Shown piece by piece: positions 55,064 to 63,664 of a DNA stretch of 64,000 nt (positions within the stretch are counted from its first letter, which is position 1; the number at the start of each line of letters is the position of its first letter). The notes beneath the pieces were generated by a model that was not told the origin of the DNA, made no database searches, and saw only the letters and a list, made by a program, of their open reading frames with translations. This DNA comes from a virus, in IMG/VR virus record IMGVR_UViG_3300045988_177924; one strand, written 5' to 3'. The position numbers were made by a program, and so were the translations under genes.

Positions 55064-57469
55064 ATGAACAGAACAAGTTATGACTTTCTAGATGTGTTAA
55101 AGGGGACGATTGACGATAAGGTATCCACCCTTGACCAGACTATCTATTGTAAAGTAGTTGGTGTTAACGAGGATTATACGTTGGATGTCACCATTGTACC
55201 CGATGAACACACTCGTGTTAGAAATGTCGTGAACGCTTCAAAATATGAATTTAAGATGGGCGATTATGGCATCCTATATAAGATTGGTAATAATTTAGCT
55301 AATGCGTTCATTATTGCTAAATTGGGGCCGTCGTATGCCGATAATCAGCCCTTGAGTAAACAAGTGGCCGATGAGAATGTTGGCAACAATAATTCTGGGG
55401 GGACGGCGACCGTTGCTCTTAAAGACAAAGGGTATGCCACCAAAACATATGTAGACGCGCAGGATGATAAGAAACTTGATAAAACCGGTGGCACGATCAC
55501 GGGTCCTTTAACTATTGGGGGCGACCTTACTGTTAATGGTACGACCACGACAGTCAATAGTAACACGCTGACGGTCAAAGATAAACTTATTGAGGTTGCC
55601 AAAGACAACACTACAACGCTAACTTCCCCTGCGGGTATTATTGTTCCTAAATATAACGGGACAGATTACGGCGCGTTGGTTATTGACAGCGATGGTAATG
55701 CTAAAGTTGGCGACGTTCAACTCACCGCCGGTGGAGATATTGATGTCAATCACAGCGATCTTCAAACGCTTGCAACCCGCACGGGGCTTCAGGATGATCA
55801 ACTGGTAAAATGGGATGAAGAGAAGAAAACGCTGGTTCCTGACACGACGGTGGCTTCTAATGCTTCGTCGGCACTTTCTAAAGCGAATGCTAACACAACG
55901 GAGATCACAAACATCAAAAAAGGCACGACGAGTGTTGGCAAAGCGGATTCCGCAGACAAGCTATCAACAGCGCGAACAATTTTTCTCATAGGGGATGCAA
56001 CAGGCTCGACAACATTTGACGGTAGCGCCAATAAAGATATCAATGTAACCCTATCAAAAACTGGAGTTACGGCAGGAACACATAACACTGTAACAGTTGA
56101 TGCCAAGGGTCGGGTGACCGCCGCTTCGAACACTCAGGCAAGTCAAGTGACCGAATTTGTAGGCAATGGCACCGATACAATTGTTGATATTGCACACACT
56201 TTCGGTAAAGACGTCTTGGTTCAGGTGTTTTTAACTGGACAACAAGTTGGGGCGGATACTGTAGACGAATTAGTGAGCGTAGATGTGTTTACAGCCAACA
56301 ATAAGGTTAAGCTAGTGTTCGCAACCGCTCCAAAACTTACTGAAAGATTCAAAGTTGTAATTTTAAGCGGTGGCAGCGTCGGTGGCAGCGGCGGTGGCGG
56401 TGGCAGCGGCGGTGGCGGTGACAGTAGTGTCGGTGACCTCGCCAAAATCTACGGTGTCGATTTAGTTGGTTCGAAAAACCCAGATGCACTTGTTCGCACC
56501 GATGACGCTGTTGGCTTGAACGTCACTGTCGGCACCTCGGAAATCACAAGCGATTTTGATAGTTGCTATCCTTGGAGCGATATTGAAGAGGTGACAGACA
56601 AATTTGGGAATGTTTTTGTTAAAATCCCAAAGTTTTACAGCAAAATCACGAAAAACTCGGACGGAACTTACAAACATCAACTGTCAGGAACGAAATACGA
56701 GGGCTTTGATACGTTGTTCAAGGTCGGAGAAAAAGAGATTGACTATGTAATGGTTGGGAAGTATGAGGGAGGTGGCTCGTCGTTCAAAGTTTGCTCGAAA
56801 TCGGGACAAACGCCGCTTGTGAACACCACAATGGATCAGTTCCGTAATGGGTGCAAGGCGAACGGTGCAGGCTATCAGCAGTACGACTTTTTAATTGATT
56901 TGATTATCAAAGAGTTGTGGCTCGTGGAAATGAAAACCACAAACTGTCAGTCAATTATGTACGGTTATGTGGTGGGAAACCAATTCAAAGGAATCACGGG
57001 TACTACAGACAGCGTTGCCACTCCATCGGGTTCGCCAGAGAGCAACACTGACGGTCAACACGCCTGCAAATATAGGGGAATTGAAAATCCGTGGGGCAAC
57101 GTATGGAAATGGTGTGATGGCATATCGTTCAGTAACAACTCAGTGTACATATGCACAGAACCAACCTTTTATGAAGCGGCAAAAGTCACAGTACCTTATG
57201 TATATTACGGCACTTGTCCGTCAGACAGCGGATATGTTAAGACCGTGGCTCCGCTCGCGGAAGGCTCGCTCGTTCAATATGTTACTGCGGTTGGAGGGGA
57301 CAGAAACACTTATTATTGTGACTCGTCTTATAAAGGTGGAACCGTTCTCGCCTGCGGTGGGGGTTGGAGCAATGGTGGGGTCGCTGGCTTGTGGTGCTGG
57401 CATGGTAACGTTTCTGCGTCGCTCTCGCATCCTGACTTTTGTGGTCGCCTTTGCTATAAACCTCTTTAA
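55064..57469 (+). CDS. central spike / fibre protein with C-terminal C-type-lectin/FGE-like receptor-binding domain (801 aa)
   Basis: N-terminus (..IYCKVVGVNEDYTLDVTIVPDEH..MGDYGILYKIGNNLANAFII) resembles OB-fold spike N-domains (gp5/Gp138-like). Fibre shaft follows, then a poly-Gly/Ser linker SGGSVGGSGGGGGSGGGGDSS, then the repeat-encoded domain. Confidence 0.55.
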   Translation: MNRTSYDFLDVLKGTIDDKVSTLDQTIYCKVVGVNEDYTLDVTIVPDEHTRVRNVVNASKYEFKMGDYGILYKIGNNLANAFIIAKLGPSYADNQPLSKQVADENVGNNNSGGTATVALKDKGYATKTYVDAQDDKKLDKTGGTITGPLTIGGDLTVNGTTTTVNSNTLTVKDKLIEVAKDNTTTLTSPAGIIVPKYNGTDYGALVIDSDGNAKVGDVQLTAGGDIDVNHSDLQTLATRTGLQDDQLVKWDEEKKTLVPDTTVASNASSALSKANANTTEITNIKKGTTSVGKADSADKLSTARTIFLIGDATGSTTFDGSANKDINVTLSKTGVTAGTHNTVTVDAKGRVTAASNTQASQVTEFVGNGTDTIVDIAHTFGKDVLVQVFLTGQQVGADTVDELVSVDVFTANNKVKLVFATAPKLTERFKVVILSGGSVGGSGGGGGSGGGGDSSVGDLAKIYGVDLVGSKNPDALVRTDDAVGLNVTVGTSEITSDFDSCYPWSDIEEVTDKFGNVFVKIPKFYSKITKNSDGTYKHQLSGTKYEGFDTLFKVGEKEIDYVMVGKYEGGGSSFKVCSKSGQTPLVNTTMDQFRNGCKANGAGYQQYDFLIDLIIKELWLVEMKTTNCQSIMYGYVVGNQFKGITGTTDSVATPSGSPESNTDGQHACKYRGIENPWGNVWKWCDGISFSNNSVYICTEPTFYEAAKVTVPYVYYGTCPSDSGYVKTVAPLAEGSLVQYVTAVGGDRNTYYCDSSYKGGTVLACGGGWSNGGVAGLWCWHGNVSASLSHPDFCGRLCYKPL
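56531..57462 (+). repeat. 932-bp direct repeat, copy B
   Basis: See copy A. Identity ends 7 nt before the stop codon of this gene. Confidence 0.85.
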
Positions 57470-57481
57470 GAGAGGGATTAT

Positions 57482-57503
57482 CAAGGGGGATACCTCCCCC
57501 TTG
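57482..57503 (+). terminator. hairpin terminator after spike gene
   Basis: caaggggga-tacc-tcccccttg (9-bp stem) followed by gcgtgtttc. Confidence 0.5.
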
Positions 57504-57606
57504 GCGTGTTTCGATAGTATAAACAAAATATATATAGTAGGGATGGAGTTAGCCCAAACTTGTACGCCTGTGGATTCGGCGTAATTCACATTTCTGTCAT
57601 ATTAAG

Positions 57607-57635
57607 TTGACAAATCAATCAGAACTATGTATAAT
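57607..57635 (+). promoter_or_regulatory. consensus sigma-70/sigma-A promoter
   Basis: TTGACA, 17 nt, TATAAT, both hexamers perfect. Lies 53 nt upstream of the GTG start at 57688, in the largest non-coding gap of the right half. Confidence 0.7.
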
Positions 57636-57687
57636 AAATATATATTAAATAAAATTACACATTTATTGCCCAAGGAGGTGACACCGC

Positions 57688-59082
57688 GTGAAGAATTATA
57701 GTGACATCACAGAGAGTCTAGATATCACGACAAAGCAATATGTTGATCAAGGTTTATCTTCTAAGGCAGACATAAGCGAATTGGATAAACGCGTTAAGCT
57801 TTCGACAGCTAACGCAACCGTAGGCGCAACGGACAAACCGATTTATGTAAAAAACGGCACCGCAATGGTTGCTACCGACGTGATGAAAGAGGCTTTTCTG
57901 CAATGGGGTGGAAAAAACTTTTCCGCTGATTATGGACCTCTTGACGCCGCCTTAATCTCCGACCTTGGGGCTGACAGGTTTGCTTTTATACCCGCAGCCA
58001 AATGGCAGGTTGAATATTCACGCGACAATGGTAGGACTTGGCAAGATTATGGTGCTACTGACGTGCAAAAATTATCTTTAACGTCGGTGGGTACCAGTTT
58101 GTCCATTGGTAAAGCGACTTCTGAAAATAAAGCGACTGCCGATTATAAGCTACGGCTTACATTAACAACCACAAATACTGTTTATTCCGTATTAAACAAA
58201 TTTGCAATAGATGTGTCGACAAATGGTTCAACAGGGTGTTATGTCACCATCGAAGGGCGCACTAAAGCAAATGTAGACGCGGGGGCTAATACTTGGGTGA
58301 CATTTGCGGAAAATATCCCTGTATCTGGTTGGTCAGGCTGGAACATCATTAACACCTCAGGAATTACAACACACGGGAATACAAATAACCAGTATGCAAA
58401 TTTAAGGTTTACTTTTGGGTGTACAGGCGGAAGTTCTACATATTCTGGGTTGCAAATTCGTCGCCTAAAAGCATTCGGTGGTGTTGGTTGGCAAACACCG
58501 TCAAATATGGCAAAATATGGTTCTTTGTATCGGTACGATTATTCACAAAATGCTTTGTTCCCTGCTGATGTGTATATTCAAAATAATATAAAAGTTGCAA
58601 GTATTAACGATGTACACAACGGAACTCTTACCATACAAAAGAACGGAGAGAAAGTTCAGACTTTCAGTGCAAACCAAAGTTCGTCCGTGACAGCAAACAT
58701 AACAGTTCCTACAAAAGCAAGTGATGTCAATGCTTTGTCACTTGACGGCGGAACTATAAACAAGAGTAAGACTATTAAAATGGACGCCTCTGCTAATTCT
58801 GATGGGGCGAACTTAAAATGGGGAACAGTTAATCACAAAAATCCTTACATCGGTTATGCTTCCGACCAAGTAGATGGGACATTTGTTGTAGGAAGCTTGC
58901 TTGGTACTAACTATGCTTCTGGTCTTGCAATTGGTGGAGGTTCTGGTAATTTATTGTGGAAAGGAACAAAGGTAGCTACAACAAGCGATATAACGGCCCA
59001 CAGCAACATCGTCGCCACTCAAACGACGTTGGGACATATTAAGATGTACGTCGAGGGCGACACATTATATTTAAACACATAG
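57688..59082 (+). CDS. tail fibre-like protein (464 aa)
   Basis: GTG start 9 nt after AAGGAGG. N-terminal TTKQYVDQGLSSKADISELDKRV is typical of fibre N-termini. Confidence 0.55.
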   Translation: MKNYSDITESLDITTKQYVDQGLSSKADISELDKRVKLSTANATVGATDKPIYVKNGTAMVATDVMKEAFLQWGGKNFSADYGPLDAALISDLGADRFAFIPAAKWQVEYSRDNGRTWQDYGATDVQKLSLTSVGTSLSIGKATSENKATADYKLRLTLTTTNTVYSVLNKFAIDVSTNGSTGCYVTIEGRTKANVDAGANTWVTFAENIPVSGWSGWNIINTSGITTHGNTNNQYANLRFTFGCTGGSSTYSGLQIRRLKAFGGVGWQTPSNMAKYGSLYRYDYSQNALFPADVYIQNNIKVASINDVHNGTLTIQKNGEKVQTFSANQSSSVTANITVPTKASDVNALSLDGGTINKSKTIKMDASANSDGANLKWGTVNHKNPYIGYASDQVDGTFVVGSLLGTNYASGLAIGGGSGNLLWKGTKVATTSDITAHSNIVATQTTLGHIKMYVEGDTLYLNT

Positions 59083-59089
59083 GTGAGTT

Positions 59090-60379
59090 ATGGCATTAAA
59101 AGCAAACAATGTTTTAATAAAAAGTATTGAGGCGAATAATAATACCACTGTTGGCACGGCGAAGCCGATTACGTGGAAGACATCTTGGTCTCAACCATTT
59201 GTAGGATATGGCGATTACGTGTGGACTGATGGCATAGACACATATTATTCACGCGCCGCAGCACAATATATACTTAATAAGTCTACTTCTACTTGGAACG
59301 CAAAAACCTGGAATGGGTTCACAAGTATTGCTGGTGATCGTATATGGACTGATGGTACCGATATTTATTATTCAAACGGTATAGAACAATATATACTTAA
59401 TAAGTCTACTTCCACTTGGAGCGAAAAGACTTGGAATGGGTTAACAAGTTTTGTTGGTGATCGTATATGGACTGATGGTACCGATATTTATTATTCAAAC
59501 AATAGAACACAATATATACTTAATAAGTCTACTTCCACTTGGAGCGAAAAGACTTGGAATGGGTTAACATATTTTGATGCAGTGTATATTTGGACAGATG
59601 GAACAAATATATACTATTCTTCGGACACAAGCCAATATCAATTGGATAAAACAACTTCCACGTGGAGTGTAAAAACATGGACAGGATTGACATCGTTTCG
59701 CGGATGGTATATTTGGACTGATGGTACTAATATTTTTTGTTCAAACGACCAAAACCAATACCGACTTAACAAAAGCACATCTACATGGGAGCCTCAAATC
59801 TGGAACGGGTTAACCAATTTTTTGGGTCAACGTGTCTGGACCGACGGCACTAATTTTTATTACTCAAAAGAGGACGATCAATATCAGCTCTATCCCCCTA
59901 CTCCCATCCATTATTGCTACAAAGGCGACACCTGTCAATGGGTTAAACCATATACTATCACCATCAAGGTAACCGGGACTCCCAATGCTAATATTAAGGT
60001 CATCATCTATCGCTCGAGCAACGCAAAAGGACAAGAGCCGAGTGCGGTTTACGATTCCTCCGGCGGCGAAAGCTCGTATGTGATAAATGTAGCGTCGACG
60101 GCCGCCGACGGTCAGCAAATAGTTGGGTATTATGGTGACACGCTGTATGTTAAGGCACAAAGTTATTCTAGCGGTTCCTACCGTTATAACATTAGTGGAC
60201 AATCCTATACCGTTACTGGAGATGGACAAATCACCGTTAATGTAAGCCACTCCGCAACGTGTTCGTCGTGTAACACATCGGCACTTAAAAATATTTGTAA
60301 TACTCGGTGTAACACAAATTTGAAGCACATTGGCATATGTAGTGGTACATCTAAAACATCTGGCATATGTATGGTGTAA
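59090..60379 (+). CDS. WTDG..IYYS propeller-repeat protein with Cys-rich C-terminal tail (429 aa)
   Basis: Six ~41-aa units QY.LNKSTSTW..K.WNGLT.F.G..IWTDGT.IYYS. The last 41 aa are ATCSSCNTSALKNICNTRCNTNLKHIGICSGTSKTSGICMV (6 Cys). Confidence 0.7.
   Translation: MALKANNVLIKSIEANNNTTVGTAKPITWKTSWSQPFVGYGDYVWTDGIDTYYSRAAAQYILNKSTSTWNAKTWNGFTSIAGDRIWTDGTDIYYSNGIEQYILNKSTSTWSEKTWNGLTSFVGDRIWTDGTDIYYSNNRTQYILNKSTSTWSEKTWNGLTYFDAVYIWTDGTNIYYSSDTSQYQLDKTTSTWSVKTWTGLTSFRGWYIWTDGTNIFCSNDQNQYRLNKSTSTWEPQIWNGLTNFLGQRVWTDGTNFYYSKEDDQYQLYPPTPIHYCYKGDTCQWVKPYTITIKVTGTPNANIKVIIYRSSNAKGQEPSAVYDSSGGESSYVINVASTAADGQQIVGYYGDTLYVKAQSYSSGSYRYNISGQSYTVTGDGQITVNVSHSATCSSCNTSALKNICNTRCNTNLKHIGICSGTSKTSGICMV
59264..59632 (+). 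repeat. three tandem 123-nt coding repeats (propeller blades) with long identical stretches
   Basis: Units start at 59264, 59387 and 59510. Units 1 and 2 share an identical ~45-nt 3' part, and units 2 and 3 share an identical ~60-nt 5' part. Confidence 0.8.
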
Positions 60380-60393
60380 TATAGGAGAGTGCT

Positions 60394-60711
60394 ATGCAGT
60401 CAATTACGTATTTATTAACCGATAACATTTATAACGAGTTATTGCGTCTAACAACACAACTGAGTGACAGTGTGGACAACTACAATTGGTTGTTTAAACT
60501 AACAGACGCAACCAAACAACAACTCGGTGTGACTCAAAAAACGCTCGACGATGCTTTTCAATTTTATACTAGCACATTAGAGGCGTATCATAAAAAAATT
60601 GAAGAGTTGTTTCATTTGTTGCAATTTTATTATCCCAATATGGTGCGCATCGAACCACAATACGATGGCTTAATTATAAAAAGAGAAGTTTTAGTATGGG
60701 TGAACGATTAG
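60394..60711 (+). CDS. small helical protein (105 aa) between the Cys-tailed protein and the radical SAM enzyme
   Basis: GGAGAG RBS. The 3' end overlaps the radical SAM start by 16 nt. No motif. Confidence 0.6.
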   Translation: MQSITYLLTDNIYNELLRLTTQLSDSVDNYNWLFKLTDATKQQLGVTQKTLDDAFQFYTSTLEAYHKKIEELFHLLQFYYPNMVRIEPQYDGLIIKREVLVWVND

Positions 60712-61823
60712 ATAAACAGGTAACAATAATATTTCATATCACTTCAAATTGTAATTTGAGATGTACCTATTGTTATCAACAACATTGTGATACAAAACAA
60801 ATTATTAAACTCGAAGACGCAAAAAAGGTGATTGATTGTTTGATCGACCGAAAGCTTAGTAAGTCAACACCTTTTGATGCGTTGGTGTGCGATGATTTTG
60901 ATAATGTGATGCTAAACTTTATTGGCGGAGAAGTAACTCTATATATGTCGATAGTAAACGATATATGTGATTACTTTTTCCGCCAGTGCCTCGAGCACAA
61001 GTTTTACGATCTTGTGTCTCGTAGCCGTATTACTATTGACACCAACGGCACGACTTATTTCAACACAGATGTTCAAGATTTTATTCACAAATATAAAGAT
61101 AAATTACTCTTTGCAATAACTATCGACGGACCTCGCGAGTGTTTTGATAAGTGCCGACGAGATAAAAACGGCAATTCGGTGTTTGATAAAGTTGAAAAGG
61201 CCGTTAAACAGCATTTTAGTGATTTTGGATGTGAAACGACTACAAAACTGACATTCGCGCCCGATAATATTCAATACTTTTTTGAAAGTTGCAAATATCT
61301 GGCCTCACTAGGTTTTACGCATTTAAAACATAGTATTGATGTCAACTATATCCCAGATGACAAGTTTTTAAAAGAATATAGGCAACAATTGTTAAAAACT
61401 ATTGAGTGGATTAAAGTTACCCACACTCCATTAACGCTTTCCGCGCTGGAAGTGGAATACACCAAAAACTTGCAAATATGCACTTGTGGATTGGCTACAA
61501 AAGCAGGCTTCACAATTGATTGGAATGGTGATATTTATATTTGCTTCAGATTTTGCGAGGACAGTCAAGGGGCGAAGAAGATTCCTATTGGCAATATCAA
61601 CACGGGTATATCCAATACTGCGTTTTTAGAACAAATGCAGTGTCGCAATTTTAATAATTATAAAAAAGAGTGTTTGGATTGCGAATGTTCGAGCGCTTGT
61701 AGTGTTTGTCCGGCGGATAGTTATTATATGTACGGTGATATCAATAAACCATTTCAACGGTGTGCTCTCACCAAGCTCGAAGCCGAAATGTCAAAAATAT
61801 ACAAAGCAAAATTAGGGAAATAA
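60696..61823 (+). CDS. radical SAM enzyme with C-terminal SPASM-type Cys cluster (anSME/peptide-maturase family, 375 aa)
   Basis: SNCNLRCTYCY (CX3CX2C) at aa 17-27. GGEVTLY (GGE SAM-binding motif). C-terminal CTCG..(x11)..NGDIYICFRFC...IGNI...CLDCECSSACSVCPADSY, typical of SPASM auxiliary Fe-S domains. Confidence 0.85.
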   Translation: MGERLDKQVTIIFHITSNCNLRCTYCYQQHCDTKQIIKLEDAKKVIDCLIDRKLSKSTPFDALVCDDFDNVMLNFIGGEVTLYMSIVNDICDYFFRQCLEHKFYDLVSRSRITIDTNGTTYFNTDVQDFIHKYKDKLLFAITIDGPRECFDKCRRDKNGNSVFDKVEKAVKQHFSDFGCETTTKLTFAPDNIQYFFESCKYLASLGFTHLKHSIDVNYIPDDKFLKEYRQQLLKTIEWIKVTHTPLTLSALEVEYTKNLQICTCGLATKAGFTIDWNGDIYICFRFCEDSQGAKKIPIGNINTGISNTAFLEQMQCRNFNNYKKECLDCECSSACSVCPADSYYMYGDINKPFQRCALTKLEAEMSKIYKAKLGK

Positions 61824-61844
61824 CCCAACCGGAGGTAAACAATA

Positions 61845-62852
61845 ATGGCAACCAATTATAAGATAAACAATGTCGATATCGACGAAATATATGAAACATT
61901 TGAGACTTCGGTTGCAGAGCAATATGGCGTGACAGATAGCAAATTTACCGATTCTACCGCCAAATTTAAGGGAAACGGACAACCGTTGAAAACCGCCATT
62001 GGAAAAACATTTCCCACAAGCGCTGGTACACATTTAGGTGGTTCAAATACCTGTACTCAATACAAAGTAAATGGGCAGCCTATCGATGTAGCCCTTAAAG
62101 GCTGTAGACCCATAGGGATTCCATTAGCAACGTTATCGCCAGGCACTCACTATGTAAACCGTGTAAACGGGGAGACCTGGCTTTCAACAAGTGCTAATTC
62201 CGCAACAGGAACACGCCTGAATTATAACCCCAAATATATTTTTGTAGAAATTCAAGGCGGCGGCGGCGGTGGAGCAGGCAGTTCTGGTGTCTGGTGCTCT
62301 GGCGGTGGCGGAGGAGGTGGTTATACTTTCACGGGTATAGCACTTCCTGAAAATTCATATATAAAAATAGTTGTTGGCGAAGGTGGTCACCGTGGAGAAA
62401 ACAGAGAAGATGGTCACGACGGTGGAACTTCTTACTTATATAATGCTAATGGTAGCATTATTTTACAGGCTAATGGTGGTGGAAAAGGAAGAAAAACTGA
62501 CGATGGTCAAGGGACACCAGGTACTTATAGTGGTGGTAATGGACTGAATGGCGGTTATGGTGCTGTTAAAGAACACGCAGGTGGAGGAACAGCTTCTACT
62601 ACATTAACTTATGATAAACCAGAAGGTACCACATTTGTGCGTGGTGGTAAATCAGGGGGTACAACTGGTGGTAACAATCACGGTGGAGGCGGTGGAGCAT
62701 CTGCCTTTGCTAACGGTGCAAATGGTGACAGTAGAGAAAAACCATCGTCGCCAGGTATTCAAGGAAGTGGTGGCGCTGGTGCTGGGTTCCGCGCAGGTCG
62801 TGCTAATCCAGGAAGTGCTGGTGGCGAAGGGTTGGCGAATATTTACTATTGA
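61845..62852 (+). CDS. glycine-rich fibre-associated protein (335 aa)
   Basis: GGAGG RBS. EIQGGGGGGAGSSGVWCSGGGGGGGYTF..VVGEGG..GG..GGGG tracts like the glycine-rich domains of phage tail proteins. Confidence 0.55.
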   Translation: MATNYKINNVDIDEIYETFETSVAEQYGVTDSKFTDSTAKFKGNGQPLKTAIGKTFPTSAGTHLGGSNTCTQYKVNGQPIDVALKGCRPIGIPLATLSPGTHYVNRVNGETWLSTSANSATGTRLNYNPKYIFVEIQGGGGGGAGSSGVWCSGGGGGGGYTFTGIALPENSYIKIVVGEGGHRGENREDGHDGGTSYLYNANGSIILQANGGGKGRKTDDGQGTPGTYSGGNGLNGGYGAVKEHAGGGTASTTLTYDKPEGTTFVRGGKSGGTTGGNNHGGGGGASAFANGANGDSREKPSSPGIQGSGGAGAGFRAGRANPGSAGGEGLANIYY

Positions 62853-62861
62853 GGTGAGTCT

Positions 62862-63365
62862 ATGGCAGTCAGCGAAAATATTACAAGTCAATATTATAAA
62901 GTATTAGAAGACGATTGTTTTGTCTATAACGGCTTCGTCTTTGTCACAGTGGCTCGATACCCTAGCCAAGAAGAACGAGAACGCGAAAAAGCAAGAGAAG
63001 AGGAATTATCGATATTCATGTCGAATGTTAATAATCGATATTTAACACTGGTTGCAGAGAACGATGCAAACGAATCCCTTACCGAGGAAGAAGCCGAACA
63101 TACCGCAGAAATTGAGCGTGTTCTCTATGCGGTAGAAAACTTTGCGGTTATTGTTGCTTCTCAACAACCGGCGATAATTTCTATTTCAGACAGTGTGAAA
63201 CAAGAGTTGATAGAACTTGGATACAAAGACGAGTTTCTTTCCGATCCGATAGTTATTCTCGACCGAATTACTGTCAACTGTGGTAGATATGACGGTAAAC
63301 CACTCACTCTTGAGTATTTATATAACAAACTTAAGCCACAATTGGCAGAATTTACTAATGTATAA
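62862..63365 (+). CDS. hypothetical acidic protein (167 aa)
   Basis: GAGGTGAG RBS. No motif. Confidence 0.6.
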   Translation: MAVSENITSQYYKVLEDDCFVYNGFVFVTVARYPSQEEREREKAREEELSIFMSNVNNRYLTLVAENDANESLTEEEAEHTAEIERVLYAVENFAVIVASQQPAIISISDSVKQELIELGYKDEFLSDPIVILDRITVNCGRYDGKPLTLEYLYNKLKPQLAEFTNV

Positions 63366-63376
63366 AAGGAGAATCT

Positions 63377-63661
63377 ATGGACTGTACTTTATATTTAAAT
63401 AAGCGCAAAGAAACCTTGCAACAACAGTTGGCTCAAAAAGATGTTTTGCAAGAACAGTTTGAGCAAGCGCAACTACAGATCAAACAACTGCAGGAAACCT
63501 GCCTGAAACTTAGTGTTTTATATTCGGAAATTAACGAAGCCGAGATTGCGCAGGAAATGGCGGTTATCGACGAGCTGCTCGCAAGTGCGGCAATCGACAA
63601 ACGTAAAAAGAACTCTTCGACCAAAGTCGGAGATAAAAGCGATAATTTATCGGAGGTATAA
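63377..63661 (+). CDS. hypothetical coiled-coil protein (94 aa)
   Basis: AAAGGAG RBS. Gln/Glu/Leu-rich heptads. Confidence 0.6.
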   Translation: MDCTLYLNKRKETLQQQLAQKDVLQEQFEQAQLQIKQLQETCLKLSVLYSEINEAEIAQEMAVIDELLASAAIDKRKKNSSTKVGDKSDNLSEV

Positions 63662-63664
63662 GAG

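Noticed and set aside
57470-57687. tRNA or small RNA genes in the larger intergenic gaps (also 15000-15140, 21261-21382, 24190-24319, 39441-39607, 47036-47130)
   Set aside because: None of the gaps contains a ~72-90-nt segment with acceptor, T-arm (GTTCxAxxC) and anticodon-arm features. The structures present are simple terminator-type hairpins. A tRNAscan/Infernal run would be needed to be certain.
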